Origin: Tubulanus polymorphus
Taxonomy: Eukaryota; Animalia; Nemertea
Direction: 5' to 3'
NCBI RefSeq assembly: GCF_964204645.1
Contig: NC_134030.1
Span: 15,934,110 to 15,998,109, forward strand
Length of the DNA stretch: 64,000 nt
Part shown: positions 25,789 through 39,300 of the stretch, piece by piece
Numbering within the stretch: position 1 is the first letter of the stretch
How the letters are laid out: every line of letters begins with the position of its first letter
Position numbers and translations under genes: made by a program
The notes under the pieces: generated by a model
Database searches by the model: none
What the model was told of the DNA's origin: nothing
What the model saw: the letters and a program-made list of their open reading frames with translations, nothing else

Positions 25789-28700
25789 CTAAGTATAAGC
25801 GACTGTATGAATTCCATCATCTAAAATATATCTTTTATCATCAAATGGGTTTAGACTTATCTTTTCAATTTCTTCAATAAACATTTCATGATCTTCAGAT
25901 CTTAAACATCTCATCTTATGTTTTCTAACTTCTTCATTGAATATACAATTGATGTAATCTTTGAAATGAATATTCTTTTCTACTACACTTTTGGTTATTC
26001 CTTTTAACTTTTTAGCTTCATGTTCTTTAGTTTTATATGAATACATTGTAGATCTAATACCTATGAATTCAATCATTTCTTCACCACCTAATTCATCTTT
26101 GAATTTACCGGGAACTTTTTTATTATCATTGCTAAACAATTCATGATCTTTAGGATAATTACTGAAATCAAAATGATGTTTTAATGTTTTTAAATCATCA
26201 GTTATGTTATTAGTTTTTATCTTTAATATGTAACTGTCGGTATCAAAATATAGTATTTCTATATGTTTTTCTCCAAAAAGTGGTTGTAATACATTATAAT
26301 AGAATTCATACATTAGTAATTTTGATAATTCTAAAACTGAAGCGCCAACATAGATTGGTTTAATAAATTTCATTGATGTTCTTCTCATCTTAACTGCAGC
26401 TAAATTTTCATCAAATATTCTGTAACCAATGAACTTAGGATATGTTTGTAAATGTCTAATTCTTTTACCATTACTAACTAACTCAATATCATTTCTATTT
26501 CTAATATATTCACAAGTCTTACCATAGAATGCATTATTCATTAACTTGAAGAAATCTTTTTCGAAATCAGTTTTAGCTTCAGTTCTCTGTTTGGTGTTAA
26601 AATCTATATATTTTTCTAACCACTTAGATTGACTGAATGAAATATATCTATGTACTTATTTTAGAACCATTCCTTGTTTTAGATAAAACTTTAACATTCT
26701 ATAATGTACTACATAATTAGATTTATCTTCCTGAGTTACCATTAACTTTTCTGTATGAATATGATTTTCAGGTTTAATTCTTTTTTGGTAATTTGATAAT
26801 TCTTCATGAGTTACAGTTTTATGTTCGGGACAGTAAGCTAGATTTCTAGATTTAAATTTAATATGTTCAGGATATTCTAAATCTACAACAAAGAAGTAAC
26901 CAGTATCTGAATCATCTGCAATATCTAGAATTCTTTTCTTCCAATCAAATTTATCATTATTTTCATTCTGTAAAACTTCACTTACTTCAAATACTCCATA
27001 AGGTTGTGGTTCCATCATTGCCCAACCATACAAATTATTTGCATCTATATATAATAACTTATATCCAGGGTTATCATTTACATTGAAATATCTATCGCCT
27101 TATACACCTGAAACTCCTCCTCTTATAGATTTTTCAAATAATAATAATTGATCTATATTTGTTAACAAATCCATTTTTATATCTGTAAATTTTAATCCAC
27201 AATCCCATGTAAAACCTGGGCTAGAATAACAATGACAAGGATCAATATTGAAATATTTTAGGTTTACATCTCTAAACCTTTCGAATATATCGGTTAATAA
27301 TAATACATCTGATTTTAAATATAAATCTACTAATTGCCCATGATTTTCTATTTTGAAATGATTCCAAATATTCAATGTTCTATTATAGACTTCATCTTTC
27401 ATTTTTTAATTCATCATAGAATTGTTCTTTCAATAATTCAGTTATGTTAAAATCATTATGTGATTTATAAAATGAATATGGAATTGCTCCTTTATATCTC
27501 ATTAATTGAAAATCATCATTATTTGGGTAGTGTTGCTTTAATATTTTCAATTCATCATCAACTAATGATTTTGATAAGTTGTCTAATGAACTATTTAAAA
27601 ATCTATATGAATCTATAAATCTTAGGCAACCAAATTGGAATGATATATAATTCTCAGATGTTTTAGCTAACATTCTAAATTTATAAGTTGGTATTTTATC
27701 TTTTGATCTATTTGAATTTAATCTTTCTATTTCGTTATTAATTTCTTCTATTTTATGACATAACTGTTTGATGAATAAATGTGCATCATATCCTGATAGA
27801 TTATGAAATATAACTGGTACAAAGTTAATTTTCTTAGCTTGTAAGTTACAATTCTCATGTGCAGCGCCTCTAAACTTTCCATTCAAATGATCATGGTCTC
27901 TTACTTTTTATCTTTATAATTAAATATCTTTTCACAATAATAACATTTATCTGCAAACGCAAATTCTTCTTTATCTTCTTCTGTCATTATAATTTCTATA
28001 TTTGTATTCAATAATTTACTAAATCTTATTTCATATTCAATTAATAAGTCACAAAAATGATTGATAACATTTTCATTTCTATAATCATAATATTCACTTT
28101 CAATTAGTTCTGGATAATCAGATTTAATATATAACCCGAAAGCAGCAGCTGATTGATGAATCTTTTTAATAGTATTTGTTTTTGGTGGTTCATCTGAAAA
28201 ATCATTTTCATTAGAATTTAATTTCTTTCTTTTATAATATATTTCTTTTCTATCTTGATCAGTTAATTCTTTATTTAATGATTCAAAATCTCCATATATT
28301 ACAAATGGTACTTTATTTTTGTAATCATATTTTTTGAATTCTAATATTTTATCTTTTTCATTTGGTAAAACTAATTTACAATAATCATGATTTTCACATA
28401 ATTGTTTATGATTTAATAATGTACTTTCATTACTGAATTTATGTAAACATTTTCTACATAGATATATTTTATTATGGTGATCACTTTCTGTTCTAAAGAA
28501 TAAATCTTTTTGTTTAATCCACATATAATGATTCTCATAATATAATATATCTATAACATCGTTGGAATCATAATCTTTTGATAGGTATAAAGGTTCTAAT
28601 GTATAATGTTTTATATTGTTACCTTTTGTATTTGGTAATTTGATTAAATCAAATACATTTGTTCTTAAATTATTATCTCTTTCTATTTTTGGGACGTTTT

Positions 28701-29733
28701 TTATTATAACAGGATACTTATCTATCTTATAATTATTTTCAAATGGTTTATAATGAGTTAATCTACAAATATTATAAGTTGCAGGATGTAAACAACTAAT
28801 TATAGCCCATAGAAAACATTTATCATCAAAATTTTGTACATTTATTACAGCATTAGTTTTAAATGGTAGTTTAATATAACTCGATGCTTCAATATCTGGT
28901 TCTTTATAATATGATACATTATTTTCATCTATTGGTTTTGATTTAGTTAACTTATTATATTTTGTGTTATAAACATGTAAAGTCATAAATATTATTTCAT
29001 CAAATATTAAACCAGATCCTTCAAAATATTTCTCTTCTATTTTAGTTTTTACTTCATTATAACATTTATCTAATTTATCATCTATATGTTGTTTATATAT
29101 AATATGTTGTGAATGAGAATTTATATTATATATTGGTTTATCTTCAGATTTTATAAACTTTACTTTAACCGATATACTAATTTTAGGATATTCAACATCA
29201 GTTATTTTTATTATTTCTTTCATATTTTCTAAATGTTTTTTATTTTCTTCTAATGTTTTTCCTTTATGAAATTTAAACTCGATAGCTGCTGGGCCAATAT
29301 CACTTTTAAATGCTTCGGTTATCTCTATATCTTTTTTATTATCTAATGAATTTATATAATTTCTTACATCTTCCATGTATGGTCTTTTATTGTTTAATTT
29401 ATTTTTTATGCTTTTAATTGTCTTCTGTTTCTTATCATTATCTTTATCAAAATAATCTTCACCTAAAATATCATTATTCTTATTTCTAATATGACTTTTA
29501 GATTTTAAATGTTCTTTAAAATATCTTTTATCACTGAATGATTGATTACATGTATCACATTTGTATATTTCTTTTTCATTCTTCAATTCATCTAATTTAG
29601 TTTCTAATATATCATCTTCATATTCTAGTTTCAATTTATTCTCTAAATGTGTTATAGTTTTATTGCATCTTGCTTTTTGGGATTAGTCTATATTGATATT
29701 ACATGTTGGGCAGTAGTACTTATTTGCTTCCAT
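25789..29733 (-). pseudogene. polB: Protein-primed-type family B DNA polymerase with N-terminal zinc fingers, an OTU-like protease and an EndoVII-like insertion; disrupted
   Basis: ExoI YGDFES, ExoII FHNLSGYD, ExoIII YLKSDV, SIRGG, motif A DANNLYG, motif B KLMNNAFYGK, motif C YFDTDS; several stops and frameshifts. Confidence 0.95.
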
Positions 29734-29831
29734 TTTAATACTAAATTTTTTTTTAAAATTGATTTTAGAAGTTCAATGATTTATATCATGTATTATTTCA
29801 ATGACACCTTACTAACACTTTTAATGTTTAA

Positions 29832-30128
29832 AAATCTAACTCATACAAATATGAATATTGAAATAATGTTGTAAATATATACTTTTATATTGAATAATCT
29901 GTCAATTTAAATGTTATTCATTTACATGATTATTTTAAGAGTAATAGGGATAATAGGCTTTCAGGTTAAAGGTTGAAGGGGCGAGTGAGTAAAAAATGAA
30001 AATAACAATAATTTACAGTTGAATTAGGAGTGTGCGCGACTAATTCAACTGTAAATTATTGTTATTTTCATTTTTTTACGAGCTCGACCCTTCGACCTTT
30101 GATCTGAAAGCCTATTATCCCTATTACT
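29832..30128. repeat. Right TIR; 29940-30128 is a 189-bp hairpin
   Basis: Inverted copy of the left TIR, and self-complementary. Confidence 0.95.
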
Positions 30129-33100
30129 CACGTCTTAAAAAAAAAAAAATTACATTTATTTTTTTACGTAACATAATTTTTCCCTCCCGTATTTTAACTT
30201 TAAAAAACGTAAGATTTTCAGAAAAACGTACTCCCGTAAATTGAGGTTCGTTTCCGTAGCAATTATGGAAAATACGTACAGGTTGGCACCTCTGTTAGAA
30301 ATTAGACAAGGCAAAAGGCCGACAGATCCTATAGCCGTCCGCACTCACTTGGGCTGGTGTATTTTAGGTCATACGGTTCAAGGGTCTCGTAATGAACCGA
30401 GGTTCTGTTTTAAAACGACAGCCATTGAGACTCATGGTACAGTTTTGTCGTTGGACAAGCAAGTTGAAAAATTTTGGGAGACCGAAACGTTCGGCGGCGT
30501 TGACCTCTTCGATGATGATAAAAAATCGTGCTCTGTAGAAGATCACCGTGGATTGGAGATCTTTGATAAATCCTGCTGTTCAGTCGACGAACACTACCAG
30601 GTTGGTATGCTTTGGCCGAACATGGATTCATCCATGCCCAATAATCGATTTCAGGCCAAAATCCGTTCCACAAATCTTAAGAAACGATTGAATAAAGACA
30701 CACAATGAATGGCTCTTTATTGCAAAACCATGAATGGCTACATAGAAAAGGGCCATGCAAGGAAAAGGAGTAATGGAGAGTTACAATCCCTTGGTAAAAG
30801 AGCATGGTTTCTTCCCCACCATGGTGTAGTTAACCCCAATAAACGCGACAAGGCCAGGGTAGTGTTTGACGCTGCAGCTCCGTACCTCGGTGTATCTTTA
30901 AATAATCAATTAATGACAGGGCCAGATTTATTAAACAGTCTGTTTGGGGTTTTGCAGCGGTTTCGTTTAGGAGTTGTTGCCATTGCAGCTGATGTGGAAG
31001 GCATGTTCCACCAAGTGAAAGTTCCGGGGGCTGATTCAAAGTCCCTTCTGTTTTTGTGGCAAGAAGATTTAACCGCTGATGGGGAGCCGGAAGTCTATAA
31101 AATGACAGTACATATTTTCGGCGCAGCGGATTCCCCATGTGTTGCTAATTATTGTTTTAAACGCTCAGCCACTTTGCTTTGCTTTTCAGTGAAGATGCCG
31201 TACAGACTATAATACGAAATTTCTATGTGGATGATATGTTAAAATCTGTATCTTTTCCATTACAGGCCATCGAACTAGCAAAGGAAGTAACAGAAATTCT
31301 GGCTCGTGGTGGTTTCCACCTCACTAAATGGATGTCAAACAACCGTGAGGTACCAGCGCAGATTTCGAAAGATGAGAGAGCCCGTCCTGAATTAGACTTA
31401 GAACTCGACGAGATGCCTGTTGAGAGAGCACTCGGCGTGAAATGGGATGTCGAAACTGATTCGTTCCTGTTCAAGCCAGCTGTTAGAGTGGGAATCCCGA
31501 CGAAGCGTCTTGTCGTTAGTACGGTTAGTTCCATTTTCGATCCGTGTGGTTTTGTGTCTCCTTTTTCAGGGCGAAGTGTCTTATACAGCAGATATGGAGA
31601 CAGAACTTCGATTGGGATACTGCATTGTATGGTGATGTTCTCACACGCTGGCTGAAATAGATAAGTGAGCTACATTTTTAGTTGACTTCAGACTAAACCG
31701 GCACCATGTAGATTTGTATGTTGGAAGCACTAAAGTAGAATTCCACATATTTTGTGATGCTTCGGAGGCTGGCTTTGCTGCTGTTGTGTATCTCCGAATG
31801 GAGCGTCCATCAGATGAATTTGTGTGTTCGTTCTTGGCGTTAAAGACGAAGGTGGCTCCTCTTGAAATGTTAACTGTTCCCAAATTGGAGCTGGAGGGAG
31901 CCGTTCTCGTTGTCATGCTGTCTAGTTCGCTTAAACATGAGTTGAAGATATTGGAATTTGAGCGCACTTGCTACTGGACTGATGCGGTTTCTGTCCTGAG
32001 GTATATAAACAACATGTCGACACGCTTGAAAACGTTCGTCGCCAATCGATTAGCGAAAATTCACCGTTCTACCAACGCTCAGCAACGGATGCATGTGCCA
32101 TCAGATCAGAATGCCGCTGATGCTGCTACAAAGGGTTTACCAGCAGCTGGGATCGATTGGACCCCATGTGGCTAAATGGCCCTCAGTTCCTTAGGTTTCA
32201 TGAGTCTGAATGGCCAGATCAGACTTTTGTTCATGGTCCAGTACTATATCCTTCAAATGTGAAAAAATGTTCTCTGTATAAAACAAGTGTTGTCGTTAGT
32301 AAAGCTGAAAATTATGTTGTGATTCTAGCATTCTTGAATTTAGTCGTATTTCGGATTGCACAGATGTCTATCGATTCTCACCATGGTTCAAGCTACGGCG
32401 GCATGTAGCCTGGCTTCTACGTGCGGTGAGAAAATTCTCATCAGTCATTCCTCGTCTGAAAGTCGACCGAGGCCGGAAAGGTCGCCTTCTATTCCTAAAT
32501 ATCTCCAAAAGAAGTCCCTTGCTCCCGTTACGTCCGTTTTATGACGGAGGTGTCCTGAGAGTCGGCGGTCGTTTGACAAACGCAGTGATACCATATGAGG
32601 CCAAGCATCAGGTTATATCGCCCTTTGGTGACCATATTACCCGCCTTATCGTTGCTGATGTACACGAATCTCTTTATCATGCTGGGCCGGAACATGCAAT
32701 TTCTGAGGTCAGGCAAAACTTTTGGCCCGTAAAGGCCCGTAGCTTGGTGCAAAGTGTAATTAGTAAGTGCTCAGTTTGTCGCCTCAGTAGAATCAACCCA
32801 TCGATCCCTATTATGGCTGATTGTCCCGTGTTGCTGGTTATACCCGTCCTTTTACTTATACAGGTATCGATTATTTTGGTCCCATGTTTGTTAAGCTTGG
32901 TAGAAGCATAGTTAAAAGATGGTGCCGTTTGTTTACGTGCCTTCTAACGAGGGCGATTCACTTGGAAGTTGCGGATAACCTGGAAACCAATGCTTTCATT
33001 TTAGTCTTGCGTAATTTCATAGGCCGAAGAGGTCCGCCATCCGAAATTTACAGCGACAACGGAACTAACTTCGTGGGCGCTGATCGCGAACTTAGCGAAG

Positions 33101-33748
33101 CATTGGAACTGCTTAATCAAGCGCAAGTCCATAATCACCTGCTCAAACGTGGCATTTTTCTCCTCTGTCAGCCCCTCATTTCGGCGGAGCTTGGGAACGG
33201 TTAGTGAAATCTTCTAAACGGGCACTGAAACATATTCTTAAAGGGCAGCTGGTTATTGATTCTGTATTACGAACTGCGTTAATAGAAACGGAGTCCGTCA
33301 TCAATAGTAGACCATTAACATACAACAGTACCGATCCGAGCGACTGCACAGCCATTACTCCAAATCATTTTTTGCACGTTGGTCCAACAACGATTAGTGC
33401 ACCTGATATATTCGAACCTAAAGATATTTGCAGTCGCAAAAGGTGGCGGCAAAGTCAGGTCATCGCCGACCATATTTGGCGTCGGTGGACACGCAAGTAT
33501 CTACCGGGTTTAGCTTTACGTAAGCAGTGGCAGTGAGACGGGCTTGGTGTCGCGGTCATTGACCCTGACGGACGTATAAGGGTGGTTAAGGTAAAAACCC
33601 AAAGTGGTTCTGTGCTTACTCGTCCAGTCAGTAAAGTGGCTGTCCTGGAGGAGTCTGTGTGTTAGATTTGGCTTGTTCTGTATACGAGATGTTGTGTTGA
33701 TAATTGTGTATTGTGTTGAAGCTCTATGTGACGTCAAAGGGGGTGGCA

Positions 33749-34149
33749 TGTTGCCCACTGTCACCAATTTTCTTTCAGGTCAAGTTTATATGACTTTAAG
33801 TTAATTTAGTTTATTATCCTTTTGGTCTTTATTTTTGCGCGCTTTATATTAGTATGTTGTTGTTAGGTAGTATTGGTAAGCTATTGGTAAGCTGTTTTTC
33901 TGCGGTTTGAATCCATATTAATCTGGTATTATGTAGTGTTGGTGAGCTGTTTCATGGGTGGTTTAATGTTCCTTTATGTTTGCTCTGTACAACTGTACCT
34001 CTGCGCATTCGCCACAGTATTCTGATAGAGGACAGACCTAGGCTCTTTACAACTCAAGAGTTTTAACCACACGCTCGTGTTCTATGTAACTGTCTGTAAG
34101 CTCGCGTTTCACACGTTTGGAAGTCTGATATAAAAGTAAAACCCTGACA
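33749..34149 (+). repeat. 3' LTR of BEL/Pao element 1
   Basis: Follows the PPT AAGGGGGTGGCA; TG...CA ends; terminal CCCTGACA is shared with the BEL-2 LTR. No partner LTR was found. Confidence 0.65.
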
Positions 34150-36132
34150 TGGGGATGCTGGTGGAATGACGAAGCTATCTACGATCTGTGTAGGTCCGGC
34201 GTGAATTTCATCGGCGGCTACAAGCGGTCAATATAAAAATGTGTAAACATAATTTCGATATTCAAATGTTTTAGATAATATATTCGATATTAGGGGTATG
34301 CAGGTCTCATGAGATAAGCAATTTATAACAGCATAGCTGTCATATAAGGCTCCGCGTACACTGATGGCATGTGTATTAGGTGACAATTCAATTCAATTCT
34401 TTATTGATCCTTATTACATATTAAATTCGCAAATTCAATAAAGTTACAAATTCTTAAATATGAAAATACAACATACAAGACACATGTGTAATTAAAACCG
34501 AATAACATAAACAAGTTATTTAAAATGACAATGTCTACTTCAACCCAGACTAAAGAGGATATCGAGTGACAGCCAACTGGGACCTGGGCCGGCTGGCTGT
34601 TGTTACGCCACACCATGCAAAGTCATGGTGAAACAGACATCAGACGAGCTCTTTCCTCAACATTGGAGGCAATGAAGTTGCAGATCAGTTTAGAGGCAAA
34701 AGTGAATGAAGTCGGTTGGGTTATCATTATTGACGATTTTCAATAAAAAAAATTAAACCACCATTTACACTCGAAGACCTATATCATCTACCCAAACGCC
34801 AAATCTCATAATTCCCCAAATTTAGAACTTCGATTTCAAATTTGCAATCCCACATAATTAGCTTATCCCAAAAATTCTACATCTTTTCGCAGGCATCAAA
34901 TAATTTATTAAAAATTAATTTTCTTGTTTCAAAATGTGACGAGGCGGGCAAATTTTATTTTAATTACCTTTTTTAAAATAAAGAAGCTGGCAGCCTGTAA
35001 AAACAATTTTCTTACTTTTTCCAGGAGACGAGGGTGATTTTCATTTTTGAAATAAATATGTCTCCTTCACTGTACATGTACTGACGTCATATGAAGCGAC
35101 ACTGATAACCCTTCAGTTTGAAAATATAATATCCTAGGATATTGACTAGGATGTAATTTCTATCGACAAAATGGCCGCACATGGAGGCTCTACAACTTTT
35201 GAGTTCCATCACCGATAACACTAAACGATGTATGTTCACTATGTGCAATAAAATCAAAGTATGTTTTTTGCGAAAAGCTTTAATAAACATTTGATCAATC
35301 CACTCCACTTCACACGGATAAATTAATGAATACCAAATAGATCAGAACCTGAGAAGACCAATTCAGTTTGTTCATTATAGTAAAGTATATAGAATATACT
35401 ATTGAATTCACAAAGATTGGCAATGTTAGCTAGGGAAAGAAGGATATCAATGGCGGATTTTGTTTCTTGAATTTAATAGCATGCTGTCGGTAAACGAAGA
35501 AATCCTACACTTCGAATCAAACTAAACGATAAGATTTATTATTTTGAAAACACAACGTTTCGGCTGTTGATTAACAGCCATCATCAGCTGGAATGATGCA
35601 GCATCATCATGCAGTCGGTATTCTAATAGTATAATGATGTTCAATGATCTTCATCATGTTGAAAATCAACATATTCATTTTAATGGTATATTCAAGCAAC
35701 ATATCACGTTAATGCATAATCGGAAAATTAAATCGAAATTCCGAGAACCACCATCTTTAAATTCTGATTGGCAGTTATGTGGTTGATGACGTAGGAAAGT
35801 GCCAAACATGGTAGTCTCCTGCGTTGATGCACGAAGTTAGGTCAACTGACAGCAATTTTCCACCCAAGTTGAAGAAATCAATATCCTTTTATCATCGGTA
35901 TATTAGCATATAATCTGGACTCTAAATCGAATCCAAAAATATTTGAAAATTTACTTCTTTACTAGCTGGCCTTAATTCAGTATTAAGAAATATGATAACA
36001 TGTAGGCAACTCTGGTCAAAAAGAATGCACCAAAAAATATTCTTATAATCCATTCAACCGAATCAAAATCCAAGATAGACAAAATCAGGAGAAGAGATCA
36101 GATAGCATGACTGTGACAGTATTCACTGCTGA

Positions 36133-36242
36133 TTATAATATTATACACACACACGAATTGTCTACACTGCTTTTACTGGATCGGCTGGTCTGAACTGATT
36201 GAGGTCGGCCATTCTGACCATCACAATCTTCATCATCTGAAT
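36133..36242 (-). CDS. Host gene terminal coding exon ending in CaaX (CIIL*)
   Basis: TTACAG acceptor; (D)SDDEDCDGQNGRPQSVQTSRSSKSSVDNSCVCIIL*; phase matches exon 57948-58086. Confidence 0.65.
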
Positions 36243-36346
36243 CTGTAAGAAGACAAAAATTACTTCATTAGGTGATACACATAAATTAAACACAATTTTT
36301 ATGTTCATTCAGAAAATTGAACTTAGAATTTTCGGAACATGGTTTT

Positions 36347-39300
36347 TGTCAGGGACAGAGCCCTCGCGATAACATAGAAGTAACTGCGAAACGGTTTTAA
36401 CAGGAATACTTTATTGAACTTCCGTTAACTGAAAATGCAAATTATATATCAGACAAACAACAAACAGATGACGTCTAATTATTCAAATATTAATCTATGT
36501 ATTACATTACTTACAACTTCGTTTGCGAACTATGCATCGAGATCCGTCCGTCAAGTAGGCTGGTGGCGTATTGCGACGAGAACAAGGTATGCGAACGAGT
36601 TTATAGCAGGAAATTCTTAGCGTAAAAAGGGGATTACAGCACAGTACACTATGACAACAATAGAGCTACGAGCTAAACCCTTAGTTGACAGATTTGATCA
36701 AACGGTTTGTGACATGGCGCCCCCTAGAAGCAATCTTGCGTCGATTCTTCGAGTAAACAAACCTTTGACGCTGGCCTCAAATAGGAGCCACGCGCACATT
36801 CAACCCGAACAGCTCTTACGTTTCCGTCTTTCCCTGGATAAATCTCGCCAATTCTACCAAGGCTCCATTTCCCACGGGGAAGGGACGAGTCTACCAAGAT
36901 CACCAAATCACCAGGTTTTAAATTTACGGCGGTATTCCCTTTCCATTTGCACCTACACGACAATTGAGGCAGGTACTCTCGCAACCAACGATGCCACATG
37001 TGATCAGCGAGAATTTGGCTTTGACGCCAACGTTTACGACTATTCAATTCTCGCTCGCTAAAAACATCAGGCGAGTTGACCTGATTAGCGCCCCCTAGTA
37101 GAAAATGGTTGGGAGTAAGGGGCGTGAAATCCGTTGGGTCCGAGCTATTGTAAGTTAGCGGACGACTATTAATTATTGCTTCAGATTCAGCTAATACCGT
37201 TCTCAAAACGGACTCATTGACCAGTTGTTCTTTCAAGATTGCTTTCAAGGCGCGTTTAGTGCTTTTAACGAGCCGCTCCCATGCTCCTCCGAAATGAGGG
37301 GCATATGGAGGCAAAAAATGCCAGCGTACATTTTTCTGTAAAAGGAAGTCATGTATCTGACTGTTGTTCCATCTTTTCAAACCAGCGGCTAATTCCCTAT
37401 CGGCCCCCACAAAGTTATCGCTATAGATATCGGTAGGTACACCGCGCCTACAAATGAACGTTCGAAGAGTCATAATAAAATCATCAGTTTCTAATGAATC
37501 TACTAGTTCTAGGTGCACAGCTCTAGTGACTAAACAAGTGAACAGACAGCCCCACCTTTTCAGCCTATGCCTACCCTGTTTGACCTGGAGAGGACCAAAG
37601 AAATCAACTCCCACGAATTGAAACGGACGAGAATACGCTGCTAACCTTGACGCAGGTAGGTCAGCCATAATAGGTACATGAGGCCTTACTTTGCGACGAT
37701 GACAATCAGGGCAACGACTTATTATTCCTTTAGCCATCAAACGAACTTTAATCGGCCAATACTGCTGCCGACATTCCGCAATTATATGTTCGGAACCACC
37801 GTGGCCCAAAATCACATGAAAGTGAGAAATGATCAACTCACTTACGTGGTGACCGTATGGTAAAACTACTTGATGTTTCGCAACATAAGGTACTGCTGCG
37901 TTTTTTATTCTACCTCCAACTCTTATTAATGTACCCTCAAAAAACGGATTTAAAGAGCGGAGACAACTGGCGCGGGGCATGGATCCGCCACGCTTCAATT
38001 CGTCAAACTCCTCAGCAAATGCATCACGTTGTGCCGTGACAAGGAGTTGTCTTTCAGCGGATCTGAGTTCCTCGCACGATAGATATTTACCAGTACATGT
38101 TCTTTTGTTAACTTCCAGGAACTGATTTTTCAACCGAGGAACAAGCGACAGAAACCGACGAACGGCTCTCAATATCCATGCAGTATGTCGCTTGAGCTCA
38201 TACCACGAGGAAAACCGTTCGATATCGACGAGACCAGTAACTAATCTGTCAGGCATACCGGACTTATCAATAACCTGAGTGTAGACGGAGAACGACTTTA
38301 CGTTTTCGTCATCATAATCGACGTTACCCGACAACGAACTCTGATCGGGCCACAAATCCTCGGATTCTTTCAAAAACTCAGGACCCACAATCCATGGATG
38401 AGAATCAACAAGATCCAAGGCATGTAAACCACGAGTGCAGTAGTCCGCAACGTTCAAGCGGGAAGGTACATAGCGCCACTGACTCACTGCAGTTGACTCG
38501 TGTATCTTCGACAACCTATTCGCTACAAACGTTTTGTAACGTATATTTCCGTTATTTATATAGCGAAGTACAGTCAATGAATCACACCAGAATACGATAT
38601 TCGAAAATGATAGGGATAGTTCATCGCAGATCCTTGAGCTGTACTGCTAGAACTGCGCCTTCCAACTCCAATTTAGGAATTGTCAAAAAAGGTTTAATTG
38701 ATGCTAGACGTGTTTTAGCGGCTAAGAAAGAATTAACCCACGACCCAGCTGACATCATGAATCTTAAATAAGCGACACAGCCAAACCCTAATTCTGAAGC
38801 ATCACAGAAAATGTGCAGCTCAAATTCAGTTACGTTAGCAGATAACTCTAAGTGATGGCGAGGTATTCTAAGAGCCCTAAGCTGACACAATTCATCCTGC
38901 CAACCCTCCCAAACGTCTAAATGCTTGCCGTCCACGTCATCGTCCCACGCAACCTTTGATCTCCATATATCTTGCATAAGGCACTTCGCCCTAAAGGTAA
39001 AGGGAGCCAAAAACCCACAGGGGTCAAAAACTGAACTAACAGCACTCAATACACCTCTTTTCGAAGGTTTCACATCCTTTTTCACTGGCGTGAAAACAAA
39101 TTCGTCACTTTGGACGTTCCATTTGAGTCCTAAAGCCCTTTCCAATGGAAGCTCATCAAGATCGAGATCTAAATTAGGACGTGCAAGCTCTTGTTTAGGA
39201 AAGTAAGATAACAGTTCACGACTATTGCTGACAAATTTCGTCAAATGAAATCCGCCTTTAGCTAAGATTTGGACCACATCCCTAGCTAGGTTAATACTAG

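Larger units (their letters stand above)
16733..30128 (-). mobile_element. Endogenous Polinton-like/adintovirus-type virus, 13,396 bp, internally deleted near the left end
   Basis: AGT...ACT termini; perfect 6-bp TSD CACGTC (16727-16732 and 30129-30134); TIRs of ~300-350 bp; pPolB, MCP, penton and ATPase genes. Confidence 0.95.

Noticed and set aside
25789-29733. Avoidance of the pox early terminator TTTTTNT in PolB
   Set aside because: At least one TTTTTGT occurs on the coding strand (~28051-28057), so it was not used as support.
29980-29992. GAGTGAGT as an AAV Rep-binding-like site
   Set aside because: Only two units, and no HUH/Rep gene is visible.
29647-30244. Plus-strand ORFs over the TIR (also 2178-2375) and LTR ORFs at 36435 and 42519
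   Set aside because: They recur only because the repeats recur; no coding signatures.
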